64,000 nt of DNA, from NCBI GenBank assembly GCA_010909165.1, contig MU008160.1:186001-250000 (forward strand), written 5' to 3'. The stretch's first letter is position 1. Each line of letters begins with the position of its first letter. The notes under the pieces are model-generated. The model saw nothing but the letters and a program-made list of their open reading frames with translations. It was not told where the DNA came from and searched no databases. The position numbers and the translations under genes are program-made. Below, one piece after another: positions 1-13,150 of this stretch. Origin of the DNA: Anthoceros angustus (lineage: Eukaryota; Plantae; Anthocerotophyta).

Positions 1-1001
1 GGCAGGCACACGGGAGTGAACGCAACTGGTGCCTCCCCGCCGTTCTTCCCAATAGGACGCCGTCCTCCCGTTTGCTGGTCACCTGAACCACCAGTATCTC
101 ATCCTCGTATACGTACATGGGCCATTACAGATATTTTGGCCAATATTGTTGATGGAAATGCAAATACCCCAGATTATCCTAAAGAGCATTTAGTAGATGA
201 TTTTATTAATGTTGCTATTTCTGATTTTGCTGGCCCCACTTCGGAAATGGCCAGGGCTCTTCATGTCATGCTCTTCTGACGATTGATGGTGAACCGGCTA
301 CTGGATGGGCCCAATGGTGCAGCATGGAAAGCCGTAATAGAAAGTGAGTATAATTCTTTGCTTAAATATCATACTTGGGATTTAGTCTCACTTCCTCTTG
401 GTCGTAAACCCATCCTTTGTAAGTGGGTATATAAAACAAAATTAAATGCTGATGGTTCTATCAAACGTTATAAAGCTCGACTTGTTGCTAAGGGTTATAG
501 CCAGGTAGACGGCGTGGATTATCAACAGTCTTTTTCACCGGTAGTTAAGACCCAATCCTTGAGGGTTCTCTTAGCCTTAGCTGCAGAGTTGAATTTAGAA
601 ATCTATCAAATGGATGTTTGCACGGCATTTTTATATGGGGAACTTAAGGAGGAAATATATATGCGGCAGCCGAGGGCTATGAAGATGCCAATGTGGAGCT
701 TGTTTATAAGTTGCTTAAGTGCCTCTATGGTTTAAAACAAAGTGCTCATATATGGTATTATAAATATAATGGTCGCCTTAAATTTATTGCCCTTATTCAA
801 AGCCATGCTGATAGTAATGTTTACTATCTTCATGATGGCTCTAACTTTATCATTTCAGCCTTATATGTTGATAACGTATGCATGTTTGGTACTAGTATGG
901 CCCTTATTAAAAGTGTTAAGGATATGTTACGCACTGAATTTGAAATGAAGGATATTGCAGTTCTTCAATGGTGTCTCGTCTTTCAAATTCTCCGTGATCG
1001 C
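1..1001 (+). mobile_element. Ty1/copia LTR retrotransposon pol remnant (reverse transcriptase, RVT_2); frameshifted and 3'-truncated
   Basis: ORFs 283-735 and 693-1067 carry copia RT motifs: TWDLVSLPLGRKPILCKWVYKTK, RYKARLVAKGYSQ, QMDVCTAFLYG, LYGLKQS, LYVDN (degenerate YVDD), FEMKD. Frameshift at ~670; similarity ends abruptly at ~1001. Confidence 0.93.
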
Positions 1002-1599
1002 CTGGAAGCGGAGCGCTGCATGCCCAACTTAGAGGTGGTCTTTGATACGACGACTAGATGTATGTGAGCTCGACAACAATGGTCATGTTAGTTTGAAAAT
1101 GGGCTAAATCGGTGTCTTAGGTACTGTGTCCATTTCCGGAAGGGGGTCCCAAAGTACACAAAGAAGGGGGTTTGTTCATTCACCCCCTCCAAAAATTATG
1201 GTGTTAATTCCATAATTACATTATGGAATAGCAAGAGTTCACATATTTATCTAGCACTAGTGCACCGATCACAAAGTGCAAACTGCAACTAGCCATTGAC
1301 CTTGATGGCCTTACTGGAGAGAAAGATGGTACAAACTGGAGAGCAAGATGGTACGTACTGGCTGAAGACGGCCATATGATGCACCCTAGTTGACATTGTT
1401 GAGGATGGGGAGCTTGAGCTTGATGGCCAACGCTGAACATTGTAAAGCCTAGCATTTAGAAGTGAGACTTCAGCTAATCAGCCATCCCTAACCGTTGGTG
1501 ATATGGTCACGCAAGTCGGTCTGGCTAGCCCGATACCCGTTACCTCGGTGCACTTTCTGCGATTCTAACATCACGTTCGACTTGGATGCCTTGTGATTG

Positions 1600-1980
1600 T
1601 TGGAGGTCTTCCACGCCTCTCATCCACGTCCAAGGCATCCACTATGGCCAAAAACTCCCTTTCCAATCCATGCAGAATTTTGCAAAACTCCCTGCACTGG
1701 GTGCCGGTGCACGCTCCTGCCTCCGGTCGAAAAGGCTCTGCATTGGACAATGCAGAGTACTTGTAAGCTAGATGGCCACGCCGAATTGCGTATGAACTAG
1801 AACAATTTGCCAAGGGATGTAGCTTAAGCTCAATACATACCCTGGAGTCTTTGTGGTATATATCACAATGCCCAAATATCTGTAAGTGTCAATTGCCAGA
1901 AATGGCAATCCTTAGAACAAGAAGGGTCTCGAATTCTAGTTAGCAGTGTTAATCCTTATTGAGAAGGCTTGTATCTAGAG
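1600..1980 (-). mobile_element. Degenerate non-LTR (LINE) RT C-terminal remnant; second copy at ~17690-18140
   Basis: Minus-strand translation gives IRINTAN...PFLAIDTYRYLGIVI...VLVHTQFGVAI, resembling the LINE RT 'IN..K...YLG' region. Many stops. Confidence 0.45.
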
Positions 1981-2257
1981 TCACATAAAAGTAACATTAG
2001 AGTAAACACTGCTCTAATAATACCAATAAAATTTAAAAATAACCTGTTTATGTTTTTCATTGTAAAGAAAACATGACATCGAAAATAGTTTCATATTTGT
2101 AACCACCATCGAGGTTGCATCACATTTCAATAGTATATATGTGTGGAGCACTTCACTTTATTCACTTGTAACTTGTATGTTTCATTCTTTTGCACATCAG
2201 AGTTTTTTGGAATACTTTTCTAGTGTAAAAGATATGCACATGTTCAGTGGTAATGCC

Positions 2258-2855
2258 ATGACCGTTATGGCCATCATAAAGGTCATTCTGTTACTTGAGA
2301 TACTTTCATTAGGATGTCACCTTGGAAAAGCTAGTGAAAGTCATGGTGATGATTTCAAGTTTTTCCTTATTCAAGAATCGGCAACTAATCTTGCAATATT
2401 TTCGGTTGATCGTAAGTTTTGATTGCTGACATCTGCTGTTTATCATTTCATCTAGTTTCAAGTACTTGTGTACATACTCACACCTCTGTTTATTTTCTTT
2501 CTTTTTCTCAAAAATAGCACAAAGCTGCTGGTACAACAACACAAATGACGGAGAAGTTTCCGCTGGCTTTTGGGCAGTAGGAGATGAGACTATCTGGAAG
2601 GATGGATTGAATTGTGGGAAGACCGTCAATATGTGCCGGGGATCCAACAGTCATGACGGATCGGGGCCCGTCGATGGAAAAATTTGCATCGACACAACAA
2701 TCGAAGTCCCAATCATCGATCAAATGCCAGCCGACAGTGACTATCATAGTGCCAACTTGATTCTCTCTTTGGACGTATGGACCTTCATCTACGGAGATGA
2801 CAAGTACTGGGAGGTTCCTAAAACAATGTACATTTATGAGGTACCAAAAGATTAG
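2258..2855 (+). CDS. Secreted EG45-like / plant natriuretic peptide-like (DPBB fold) protein, 2 exons (2258-2411, 2518-2855), 163 aa
   Basis: Hydrophobic signal peptide MTVMAIIKVILLLEILSLGC. A phase-1 GTAAGT..TAG intron joins in frame to PQSCW...AVGDETIWKDGLNCGKTVNMC...C..TTIEVPIIDQ...LILS, matching the EG45-like pattern P.AC...GDGIWDNGA.CGR...C...TIQV.IVD...IVLS and its intron position. Confidence 0.75.
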
Positions 2856-2989
2856 ACTGCTGATGGAAGACAAGATGGATTCTCTGAGATCAAATATATA
2901 TTGATATCTCCTAAATAAATATAAATATATTTTGAACCTTTCTTCTAAAATGTTGTACTACTTCTTGGTAGCTTAGAAAATTAACACTT

Positions 2990-3830
2990 TCATTTGTGAT
3001 GTACCGGGGAAAATGGAAAGGAAAGCAAGCGTTAGCAGTAATTCTCGCACTAGTAGTGGTGCTGCATGGGAACCTAGTGGTGATGCTGTTTGGGAGCCTG
3101 GTGGGTCGCTTCGTCTCATAGGCTGCGCTGTAGGAACCGCCTTCTTAGCGGCGTTGCATGAAAAGACGGTGGTGGCCGGAGATCTAAGCGGTCCGGTGTC
3201 TCTTCCCATGGGGTCTTTGTTGTCTAAGCTGAGTTCTGGCAATCCTGCTTCCGATCTGGGGTCTACTGGCCACGGCATTTGGAGCTGGTTTGGTACAAAA
3301 TGCCTTACACGCCATTGTAGATCTGGCCAATTTGACCAAGGGAGGTGCATGTTTGAAGTCTCCTTACGTGTTTCCTATTAAGGAACTTAACATTTTGTCC
3401 TCTTCTCCCACACGTGCGACTGCCCTATGCACGGATCTGGCACAAGGTTTGAATTCTAATTGGAAGGAGGTTGTCACGGGAGTGCAATCTGTTCTTGGTC
3501 CTTCTTGTGTACTATAATGTCCAAACTATATCATGTTTCCTTGGGGATCTCCGATCTTCATGAAGAATATGGAGGACAGTGCGTCCGGGGTCATCCTCAC
3601 TCGGAATACGCAATACTCGCCTTGCCCAAAACTTTGTGAGCAATGTCCGTCATGAGTTCCGACATCCCTGCGGATGTTTTGGAAAGGCATTCCGAATGAA
3701 GCCCAATCAAACCCAGTATCTCCTACATGCGCACAAACGTCTCCTCTACCTCAGACTAGCTTCTCTCGCACGTTCTGAGCGCTTCTGCACTATCTCCTGA
3801 AGGAAGGGACGAACTCAAGCACTCGTGAGC
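2990..3830 (-). mobile_element. Possible degenerate LINE ORF1 (gag-like, zinc-knuckle) remnant
   Basis: Minus-strand fragments VLEFVPSF, MTDIAHKVLGK and FQLEFKPCARSVHRA loosely resemble plant LINE ORF1. Heavily interrupted. Confidence 0.3.
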
Positions 3831-4129
3831 TGAAATGTCTTCTTTTTTTTCTCAAACTAAACATCAAACTCTTGGTGAAATACCTTGTATCCTCAAGCCA
3901 TGTTGTTTTACAGCATATAATAACAACAGTAATAATAATAATGGATTATATATATATATATGTATATTACATCGAACAAGGTTGAAGTATATAATATCGA
4001 AACCTTTTCCAATGTTCTGTCTATATATGTATGTATACTTAGAGATATTTTTAGAACATATTGTTTACTTGTTTCATCTTTCCTCATATCTTTTTCAAGA
4101 TTTAATAGTGGTACTACTTTTCTAGTGTG

Positions 4130-4831
4130 ATGGAGAGCCTTTATAGGATGACCTATATAGTCATTGTCTTGCTTAGCGTACCTTTATTGGAAGCTAGTCG
4201 TGTAGAAGCGAGTACAAGCCATGATGATGATTTCAATTTCATCCCATTACTAGTTCCAAAAATAGCAATTAATGAGCCATCTGTTCTTGTTACCGGTAGG
4301 TTTTCTTCCGGCATACATACATTGTTTCTTAGTCTTATATAGCCCTGAATACTTATAAACTTATGTACTTACACATTTGTTCATTTTTTCTCCTCTCTGG
4401 CAGGACCTAATTGTTGGAGCAATGAGTCATTCACTACAGTGAGTGAGGGGATTTGGGCAGTAGCAAATAGGGCTCTGTGGAAGAGTGGGCTGAACTGTGG
4501 AAAACACATTGATATTTGCCAGCCGCAGCTATCAAGCTCTTCTGTAGGATCTGTTAACGATGGAAATGTTTGTGAAAGTAACACAACTATCTCAGTCCCT
4601 ATTGCAGGGAAAATTGAACTGGGAGTTGATGGTGAAAATATCTTTGAGGAGCTAGACTTGATCATCTCTCGAGAAGCATGGGATGTTATCTTTGCAGAAT
4701 TTCTCAATAATGTAGATCATCGTAGGATGGTATACATTAACGAGTGCGACCTTGAGGGTGAAAGAGGCTGTCATCATGGTCAACATCATCATCATCAGCG
4801 CCGTCATCATTGGATTCCACCGAAAGTTTAG
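4130..4831 (+). CDS. Second EG45-like/PNP-like secreted paralog with His-rich C-terminus, 2 exons (4130-4295, 4404-4831), 197 aa
   Basis: Signal peptide YIVIVLLSVPLLEA. Shares the SH(D/G)DDF(N/K)F motif and the same phase-1 intron (GTAGGT..CAG). Exon 2 reads GPNCW...GIWAVANRALWKSGLNCGKHIDIC...TTISVPI...LIISREAW; tail HHGQHHHHQRRHH. Confidence 0.75.
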
Positions 4832-5298
4832 TGGATTTGCCTTGTTATGTAGTTTTGAAGTAAACTGTAATTGCACTTAAGCTTGAATAATTATTTCTAG
4901 GGAACTTGTGCTTTTCAGAAAAAAAAACTTTCACTTTCAGCTCCTCTTGGTATGAGCGTTGTTTGATCCTACAAGGGCTAACTCACTCAATTACTTAAGT
5001 TTTTTCTGGATGTTATTTTTAAAAACTAATGGGCGAGTCTTGACTTATATGGATACTGGTATTTATTTTATTATTTGAAAAAAAATTGAGTCATTGTTTC
5101 TTTCTTGTTGTCAGCGCAAACATCAGTTGATTAAATTCAAACGAAAACATATCCGTGCATATCTTCATCCGGAGAACCAAGATCCGAAGCTAGCCCGATC
5201 ACAACGACCAGGGGACCGGTAGGCGAGGCCAAACACCTAGATACCAGCACACCGACTTACCACCAACCACCCCTTGTATATATAAGGTATTATTAAAC

Positions 5299-5780
5299 TC
5301 ACTCAAAACAAATAGCAAGGGCCATGATAGCACTGAAGCCTAGAGTGATTTGCAACCACCTCGCGGTTGTCATCCTAATAGAAGCACCCGCAATCACACA
5401 GGGAAGTACATGAAAGAGCCCATAAAATTCTGCAAAAAAACACCATTTGAGGTCCTCCTCTAAGCAAGAAAATTTCCTTCTGGCATCATCAAACCTGAAA
5501 GCCATGAATCATATGCGCTAGCTTTGGTTTAATTAACGCTCCTCTATTATGTCCTACTTCTATCTTCACGTGAAACTCGGGACCCCTTCAAGCTCCAAGA
5601 CTCCATGGATCTAAATCCCCCTTTTTTCATAGCCTCCATGACTAGACTCGAGAACATGAATTCAGGTGCAACACATGAATCAAATATTCTAAAGTGTGAG
5701 GAATATTACCTTTTCTTGAAATCGCGCGTAGAGGACTGTGCCAATATTAGAGGCCCCTTCCAATGGGCTCAAGATATTCT
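5299..5780 (-). mobile_element. Possible LINE ORF1 5' remnant (DUF4283-like)
   Basis: LEEDLKWCFFAEFYGLFH...RWLQITLG...ICFE weakly resembles the N-terminus of plant LINE ORF1. Confidence 0.25.
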
Positions 5781-5799
5781 CGAGGGAAGGGGATTGGGT

Positions 5800-8300
5800 T
5801 TTGGACGCATGCTCTAGAAGCGGAACCACAATATTGGCAGCCTTACGGAGTGGAAAAAACTGCATTGCGGTAAAGGCTGACTAGAGCTGTGCAAGATACA
5901 TCCCACAACTCATCATAGGCAAAGGAGGTATACGTATGAGTGAGAAGGATTGTCTGAATGCACAAGTTGTTTCATTGAGTGCCAACACAATGAAGACCAA
6001 AAATGGGGAGTTGTTGGAGGAGGGCTGGCAAACTTTGGATGTTGTGTGGCATCCGACACTTAATGTTGATGACACAGGAGTACCAATAGTTGACGAGAAC
6101 AAAGATGCCAAGGCCATCATGGGCAAGAACGACCATAGTTTTGACGATCCGGAAGCGGAGCGCTGCATGCTCAAGTTAGAGGTGGTCTTAAATGAATTGA
6201 GTGTCTGCTGAAGGCTCGGACTAGTCACATATTAGTCCCCATGAGGGACCCTTTTAGGCGTAGACACATGCATGTTACAATTTTGTTGTTCTAGGTTTCC
6301 TTCCTTCCTGTAGGGGCTTTGCATCTCCCCCTACACTATTCAGTTTTGTGTCGTTACAATGGGGACCCTTTTTTACTTTTGGTAATGCAAACAATGATGT
6401 CTTTCTTGCTAACTCCACGGTAGGGTGCCGGTAGGCCGGTGCCCCCAAGGGCATTTTCTTTGTCATGTGGTGAAAACGATGACTATATGTATGTGAACTC
6501 GACAACAATGGTCATGTCAGTTTGAAAATGGGCTAAAACGGTGTTTTAGGTATTGTGTCCATTTCCGGAAGGGGGTCCAAAGTACACAAAGAAGGGGGTT
6601 TATTCATTCACCCCCTCCAAAAATTATGGTATTAATTCCATAATTACATTATGGAATAGCAAGAGTTCACATATTTATCAGGCACTAGTGCACCCATCAC
6701 AGAATCACATTGCAGATTGCAACTTGCCATTGACCTAGACGACCTCAAGGTCGTCTATGCACTCCATTTATGGGTGTTCTCAGGATGCCAGGAATCCACA
6801 GCTCAAAATGCGACACTTGGCGTGCTTTTGTGGTGCTTGCATGGACAGTGACCATGCTGCCAGGGAGACAAAGGCTCTGTGCAGGAATTTGGCTATGTAG
6901 GACCTTGAAGCGATATTGATGGTGAGAATTGCAACCAGCTTAGCTGGAGCCTTGTCGATTTGAACATCAGGCGACGGAAATATAGCCGTCGAGGAAGCCT
7001 GAGGATGTCACCGAGATGGCTGAGCTTTTGGAGGAGGGCTGGCAAACTTTGGATGTTGTGTGGCATCCTTAATGTTGATGACACAGAGTACCAATAGTTG
7101 ACGAGAACAAAGATGCCAAGGCCATCATGGGCAAGAACGACCATAGTTTTGACGATCCGGAGCGCATGCCTGTTAGAGGTGGTCTTAAATGAATTGAGTG
7201 TCTGCTGAAGGCTCGGACTAGTCACATATTAGTCCCCATGAGGGACCCTTTTAGGCGTAGACACATGCATGTTACAATTTTGTTGTTCTAGGTTTCCTTC
7301 CTTCCTGCTGTAGGGGGCGTCGGCATGCCGGCGCCTCCACACACACTATTCAGTTTTGTGTCGTTACAATGGGGACCCTTTTTTACTTTTGGTAATGCAA
7401 ACAATGATGTCTTTCTTGCTAACTCCACGGTAGGGTGCCGGTAGGCCGGTGCCCCCAAGGGCATTTTCTTTGTCATGTGGTGAAAACGATGACTATATGT
7501 ATGTGAACTCGACAACAATGGTCATGTCAGTTTGAAAATGGGCTAAAACGGTGTTTTAGGTATTGTGTCCATTTCCGGAAGGGGGTCCAAAGTACACAAA
7601 GAAGGGGGTTTATTCATTCACCCCCTCCAAAAATTATGGTATTAATTCCATAATTACATTATGGAATAGCAAGAGTTCACATATTTATCAGGCACTAGTG
7701 CACCCATCACAGAATCACATTGCAGATTGCAACTTGCCATTGACCTAGACGACCTCAAGGTCGTCTATGCACTCCATTTATGGGTGTTCTCGGATGCCGT
7801 GAATACGCTCAAAATGCGACACTTGGCGTGCTTTTGTGGTGCTTGCATGGACAGTGACCATGCAGAGACAAAGTGCCCTGTGCGGAATTTGGCGTAGTGA
7901 CCTTGAAGATATTGGTGACAGTGAGAATTGCAACCCGGCTACGCATGGAGCCTTGTCGATTTGAACATGAGGCGGTGAAATATAGCGAGGAAGCCAGAGG
8001 ATGTCACCGAGATGGCTGAGCTTTTGGAGGAGGCGATAACTTTGTTGTGCCTGCAGACACAACGGACGAAGGGTCAACCTTCTACCTGGTCAAGTGCACC
8101 GAGTCTTGTCACAAAACGGATGTGCTTAGAAAGTGTCCATGGAGCAATAATACTTTCCTCCCAGGTGATGAAATAGTTGTAGGCCAGTATTACCAGGGGC
8201 TTGAGCCTGACGGATCTCTTTACACACTAGACCTTAATGAGGCAGAGCATACCGCATGTGTGACTTGTAAGTTTGCAATCGCAGGATGGTAGAGACGTGA
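5800..8300 (+). mobile_element. Degenerate DNA-transposon transposase remnant (Sola2-like Cys motifs); catalytic core not visible
   Basis: Fragments WKKLHCGKG..ELC (5850-5890), SMHSIYG...LKMRHLACFCGACMDSDH (6755-6855, repeated at 7765-7862) and GDNFVVPAD..EGSTFYLVKC...PWSNNTFLPGDEIVVGQYY (8032-8195). Family assignment is from memory of motif patterns. Confidence 0.45.
6015..8035. repeat. Tandem duplication, ~1.01-kb unit (6015-7029 / 7030-8035)
   Basis: Identical ORFs at 6553 and 7563; junction microhomology TTGGAGGAGG. Confidence 0.92.
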
Positions 8301-9321
8301 GGTATTTCAGCTTAGATGCGCATCACTCTAGACACGTTCAGATCGACATGATAGCAATTAGGAATGTGTGTGAGACGCGTTGCTTGAATGCCGGATGTCA
8401 CCTATTGGAACCATGTGCCATATTGCCTCGTTATCCATACCGAATGGCATCCAAAGTTGTGCGATCCTTCCTTGTGTTGTGTATGCCACAAAACATGCAC
8501 AATGTCCACACTATGTGAGCGATACTAGTGCTGATGACATATCTTCTTGGGCGATTCGACAGACGGGCGATCGATCTTCCGACATCACCTTCTTACGACG
8601 CCTCCTTAAAGATTCTAACCGAACGGGCCGCGAGGGCGGAGACGGTGTGGCAAGGCAATGGCTGGTGTGGTGGGTCAGCGCGGTGTCGATCCATTGGTGC
8701 TCGCAGGAGTGCCGCAGCAAATAGCGACCGGACCACTGGGCGTGGAGTTGCGGCAGCGTTGATCCGCAAGTTCGGCAAGCCGGAAGACAGCGCAAATTCA
8801 AGTATTGCCCGGGCTCATGAGCGAGTAATCACCGACTATGGAGGACCGAGGAAGATGTCCGGATGTGATTCCACAATTCAAGCAAACCAACAAGTGTCTC
8901 ACTTAGAAATGGAGATGGCATGATCACCCCACTCGTGGCTCCATCCCTTTGAATCCCAATCTTGTGATGATAGAGCTAGTCTAGCTAGCTCTCTCATGTA
9001 TGCACAATGAGAGATCTAGTGAGTCACCATGAAGTTGGGTTGTTACCTCTTAGGACAGCAAATGCATCTGCGTTATTTGCAATCGATTTCATGACTCGTC
9101 TGGAAATGAGACTTCGGTAGTTTCGGACAGAACCAAAGTTGGTTTCTGCCCAACGGACTGAGTTCTTCATTAGTTTTCACACAATCAATGTCAGTATCTG
9201 CTATGCCCATGATTGAGTGTGTGCACAAGTGCACACCCTTCTTGAGTAGTGATGACAGGACCCACTGTGTGGAGGATTAAAGGATGTCTTCAATGTCTCG
9301 ATATGTGACTCAAACAGTGTG

Positions 9322-10113
9322 TGTGAACCCCGACTCGACTGCGATCTGATTTGAAATCAGGACGCACAAAAAAGAGAAGACGTGCAATATATCAATGTCT
9401 GCAACCTTCTCTGATCAACACAAAGGAGCAAGCTCTACTTAGGGGGCTCTTTACACGCAGCCCTCACAGTGGCTACTGGCCGGGTTCATCCAAAACAGTG
9501 GCACTTCATTCTTGTTGTTGGGCTCCATCTTCCTGCTCTTCAAGGACGACCTTTGTGGCTTTCACCAAGCTTGCACGAAGGACAACCGGGGACTCAGTTT
9601 TCCCTTGTTCAAGAGCTCATAAACACCCGGGACACTTGCCCGTAATAGTTTCCTTCAACAATTTCGGTTCCCTTGGGAAGAGCATCATCGTCCAACAAAT
9701 AACTGCGTGGAAGGTGCAACTTGTGAACCCCGACTGATCGATCCGATTTGAAATCGACGACAAAAAGAGAAGACGTGCAATATGTCAATGTCCGCAACCT
9801 TCTCGATCAACACAAAGGAGCAAGCTCTACTTAGGGGCTCTTTACACGCAGCCCTCACACTCGCTTGGCCGGGTTCATCCAAAAGTGGCACTTCATTCTT
9901 GTTGTTGGGCTCCATCTTCTCCTGCTCTTCAAGGACGACCTTTGTGGCTTTCACCAAGCTTGCACGAAGGACAACCGGACTCCCCTTGTTCAAGAGCTCA
10001 TAAACACCCGGGACACTTGCCCGTAATAGTTTCCTTCAATGCCTCGGTTCCCTTGGGAAGAGCATCACTGCTCCAATAACAATCAAGCGTGGAAGGTGCA
10101 ACTTGTGAACCCC
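9322..10113. repeat. Tandem duplication, ~0.39-kb unit (9322-9721 / 9722-10103)
   Basis: Near-identical copies differing by small indels; TGTGAACCCC at each boundary. Confidence 0.9.
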
Positions 10114-13100
10114 CCTGATGCACTTCAGGACGTAGAAGTCTACGTGTTCATCATTGTCGTCCTCAGCTGCCACCACCTAGTTGTCTCCGGCTCCACCGCA
10201 GACCGGGTCCATCGGCTCGCAACCACTCTCGACTTTGTCGGTCGCTTTGTCTTAGTCGATTGCCTTGACTTCCGCTTTGGACCCCCGGTCCGGACTTTCT
10301 CTCCACCGCACCGACCCCGCTATAGATTGCGCAGGGTAGCTGATTCGACGACGTGTCGGTGTGACATCCGGACGTGTCACCGTCTCCACCTCAGGTGTTT
10401 CTTTCTCCAGCTCTGGTGACTTCGTGCCCACTACCAGTGATCCTTTTTCCACCTCACGTGCTGGCTGCACTTCACCCGCCGCTTGATCATGCACAAACTC
10501 CACACATGGTGGTGGCAGTATACATGCTAGTGCATCCAGATCCAGCTCATGGTGTGCTGAAGGTGCTACCTGGGGTGGCATGGTGTTGACAGCTTGTGCA
10601 ACCTGCACCTGAACTCTTGGGAAGTCCTGGGGTTCTGGAAGAGCTTGTGGGTTACCGACTGCCCTCCCGATCATGTGTGCCTGCAAGGCATCCGCATTCC
10701 AAAGCTTCCATGGCCTCCACCACGCCCCGGGTAAGTTTGGAGGTGTGTCGGTCCGCAGCCTCCAACTCATCACACCTCCTAGCACCACCGCTTCCCACTT
10801 CGGGTCTGTCCACTTGCATGCGTTAGTTGCTCGGACTTGCACCTCCACTGGGCTTCTCGATGTATGAGGGTAGCAACAAATCCTCCTTTCATCCGGGCAC
10901 AATACAAATGGAGCCAGGGAGCCCAACCAATTCCGTGCCTCGAAAATTTTGCGTTCCTTATAGGAACACGCCGAGATCCACTAGATAGTAGTGGCGCTTC
11001 TCATAACATGCCGCATAAATGACAAAAGGAATATTGTTGTCAAGATCCAACTCAAGGAGCATAATGTCAACGGCTTACCAACTTGGGAGCATAATGAATT
11101 AGCCTGCATAAAGAGATACCGGAGAAGCGGCGGTGGGATCTCCTGTCGCACCCGACGTTGTACTTTGTCCACCGTGTGAGGAAGTGATCCGGATCTTTGA
11201 GGAGGTTCGTGAACTCGACTCCCATTCCTTAACCTGCTCAAGAACCCAATCGCTCATTGTGGGTACCTCAGCTTCACCTTTGCTCTCATCCATCGGGGGT
11301 CAACTTCCAGCATACAATCTTCTAGTGCACAAGTGTTTGTCCCTTGCAGATGCTGACCTCAAGCATGGCTCGTGGTACATGTGCCCACAAGACAACATGA
11401 TCCGCTCACAAACCCAAACCACTGCAGTAATGAAACATCGAGATAGGAAAAGACTCGTGAGGCAAAGATGAAAACCAAGTTCACAATCGTGATGCAGCAA
11501 CCACAAACACTTATGGCTCGGCATCCTGGTATTACTGAACAAATAGGCGGCAACAGATGGTGGTGCACTCTTCCTTTCCAACGCGAAGAACCCCGGTGCC
11601 CTTACCTTGGGACTCGTCATCAACCACTTCTTCGACACGTAATGCACTCCAACTCGCAATCGGTCCACGACAAGAGCGCTTTCATGCTCATACCTTTTGA
11701 TGTCCGAGTCTAGCTCCTCCACCTTTTGACAATGGACCTTTTCAAGACCATACAACCCTTGCAGCTTGGGTCCCTAAGTGATTCACCAATGCACGCTGTT
11801 CGAAGATCGTGTGTATCCTCCACCGCAGCTTGGATCACCCGATCCAAATCTTCCATCTCTTGTAGGCTTTACGAATGTCAAATGCAACCTCCCTAATCGC
11901 TGCTTCTCCTCCCTTAGGAGGCCTCGGGCTGTGGCCGCCCAAATACCGACCCCAACGCTGATTGCAATTATCACCTCCTCCACGAGCCAGGCGCTCAAGA
12001 AGAAGCTCTGCGCTGGTCTTTGAGCCGAGATTCCTTCACCGCATAGACACAACTTTGGGTTACATGGGGTGACATAGTGCTCACTATACCCACAAACCAC
12101 ATGACAATTGTAACACATGAGCACGACAAGTGTGCCATGTGCCACGATGGCTTGCCATGTGCCCTCGCTTGTCACACTCGCAGGAACAATAGATCACCGT
12201 CGGTCAAGTTGCAAATCGAGTGACACCGAGGCAGCCTAGTGACACAGAGTCACTGCTCTCACCAAACCGAGACAGACGCAAATGCTCACTGTGGGCATGC
12301 CGAGTGAGGTGTGCACCAAAATTGAGCAAGCAATGATCATTGACCATGAATTCTATGCATCATTCAAGCATACATGACAACTAAACCACTTCCAAATGGA
12401 ACAAAAGTCGAATGTGGACTTACCACCGGTTTGATCGTGGGTCACCACCACCTCAAGGTCCGCTTGTGGACCTCCTTCGCCAAGCAATCCAAAGATCCTT
12501 TGCCTTCTCGAAACGCTTTTTCTTCCGCTTTTGGCAAGCCTCGATGCCCCTCAATCGTTATTTTGTATCGGCTCCAATTCACCGAACACCCTCCACCTTC
12601 TCCATTAAGATCCCAAGGCACATCACCGGGAACCTTCTTCTCACCCAAGGAGGGCCTCATGTCAGATATTGTGGACAAGGTCGCCCACCCTTCTCCATTC
12701 CTCATCGCCGCTTTATCTCGCTTGCTTCCAAATGTATCCATCGTTGGGAGATGGGGTTCCAAACCAAGATTCGATCACCCCTTTTCCTCCAATCTTGTCT
12801 CGCAAAGCTCCCGTAATGCCTTGTCCCCGACATTGCATCCATCATGCCGTATGTTCCCTCGTCATCCTTCCATGTCCAAGTGTGAGAGGTCGCTTTGGGT
12901 GATCCCCAAATGGCATCAATCTTGCTCCCCGCCTAGCGCTGCTCCATCCCCGCTTGCTCCTTCGCCACCTCCAAGTGGTTGATCTGAGTGTGCCGTGATG
13001 ACCATGGTCGAGGTGTTCCTCTTGTACATCTCCACTACCAAGATTTCCCCTGCACTCCTCATCCTCGGATTCATGGATGGAGGAGTCATCCGCCTCCCGC

Positions 13101-13150
13101 AAAACCCCGAGATCACCATTTAGTTAGAAGCTCCTTAGCTAGACAGAATC
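9380..13150 (-). pseudogene. Degenerate transposon accessory ORF with a RING-like motif and a C-terminal domain paralogous to the + strand transposase remnant
   Basis: Minus-strand fragments LSCGHMYHEPCL (RING-H2-like, ~11360-11395), ORF 10252-10926, GDN*VVAAEDDNDEHVDFYVLKC (~10115-10190) and LPKGTEIVEGNYY (~9640-9680). Many frameshifts. Confidence 0.4.

Larger units (their letters stand above)
1002..2990. repeat. Mosaic duplicated segment: pieces match 6150-6190, 6475-6735 and 17360-19110
   Basis: Direct comparison, e.g. ggaagcggagcgctgcatgc (1004/6151), gacaacaatggtcatg (1072/6501), gagcaagatggtacgtactgg (1342/17401), and the EG45-like gene region. Confidence 0.9.
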
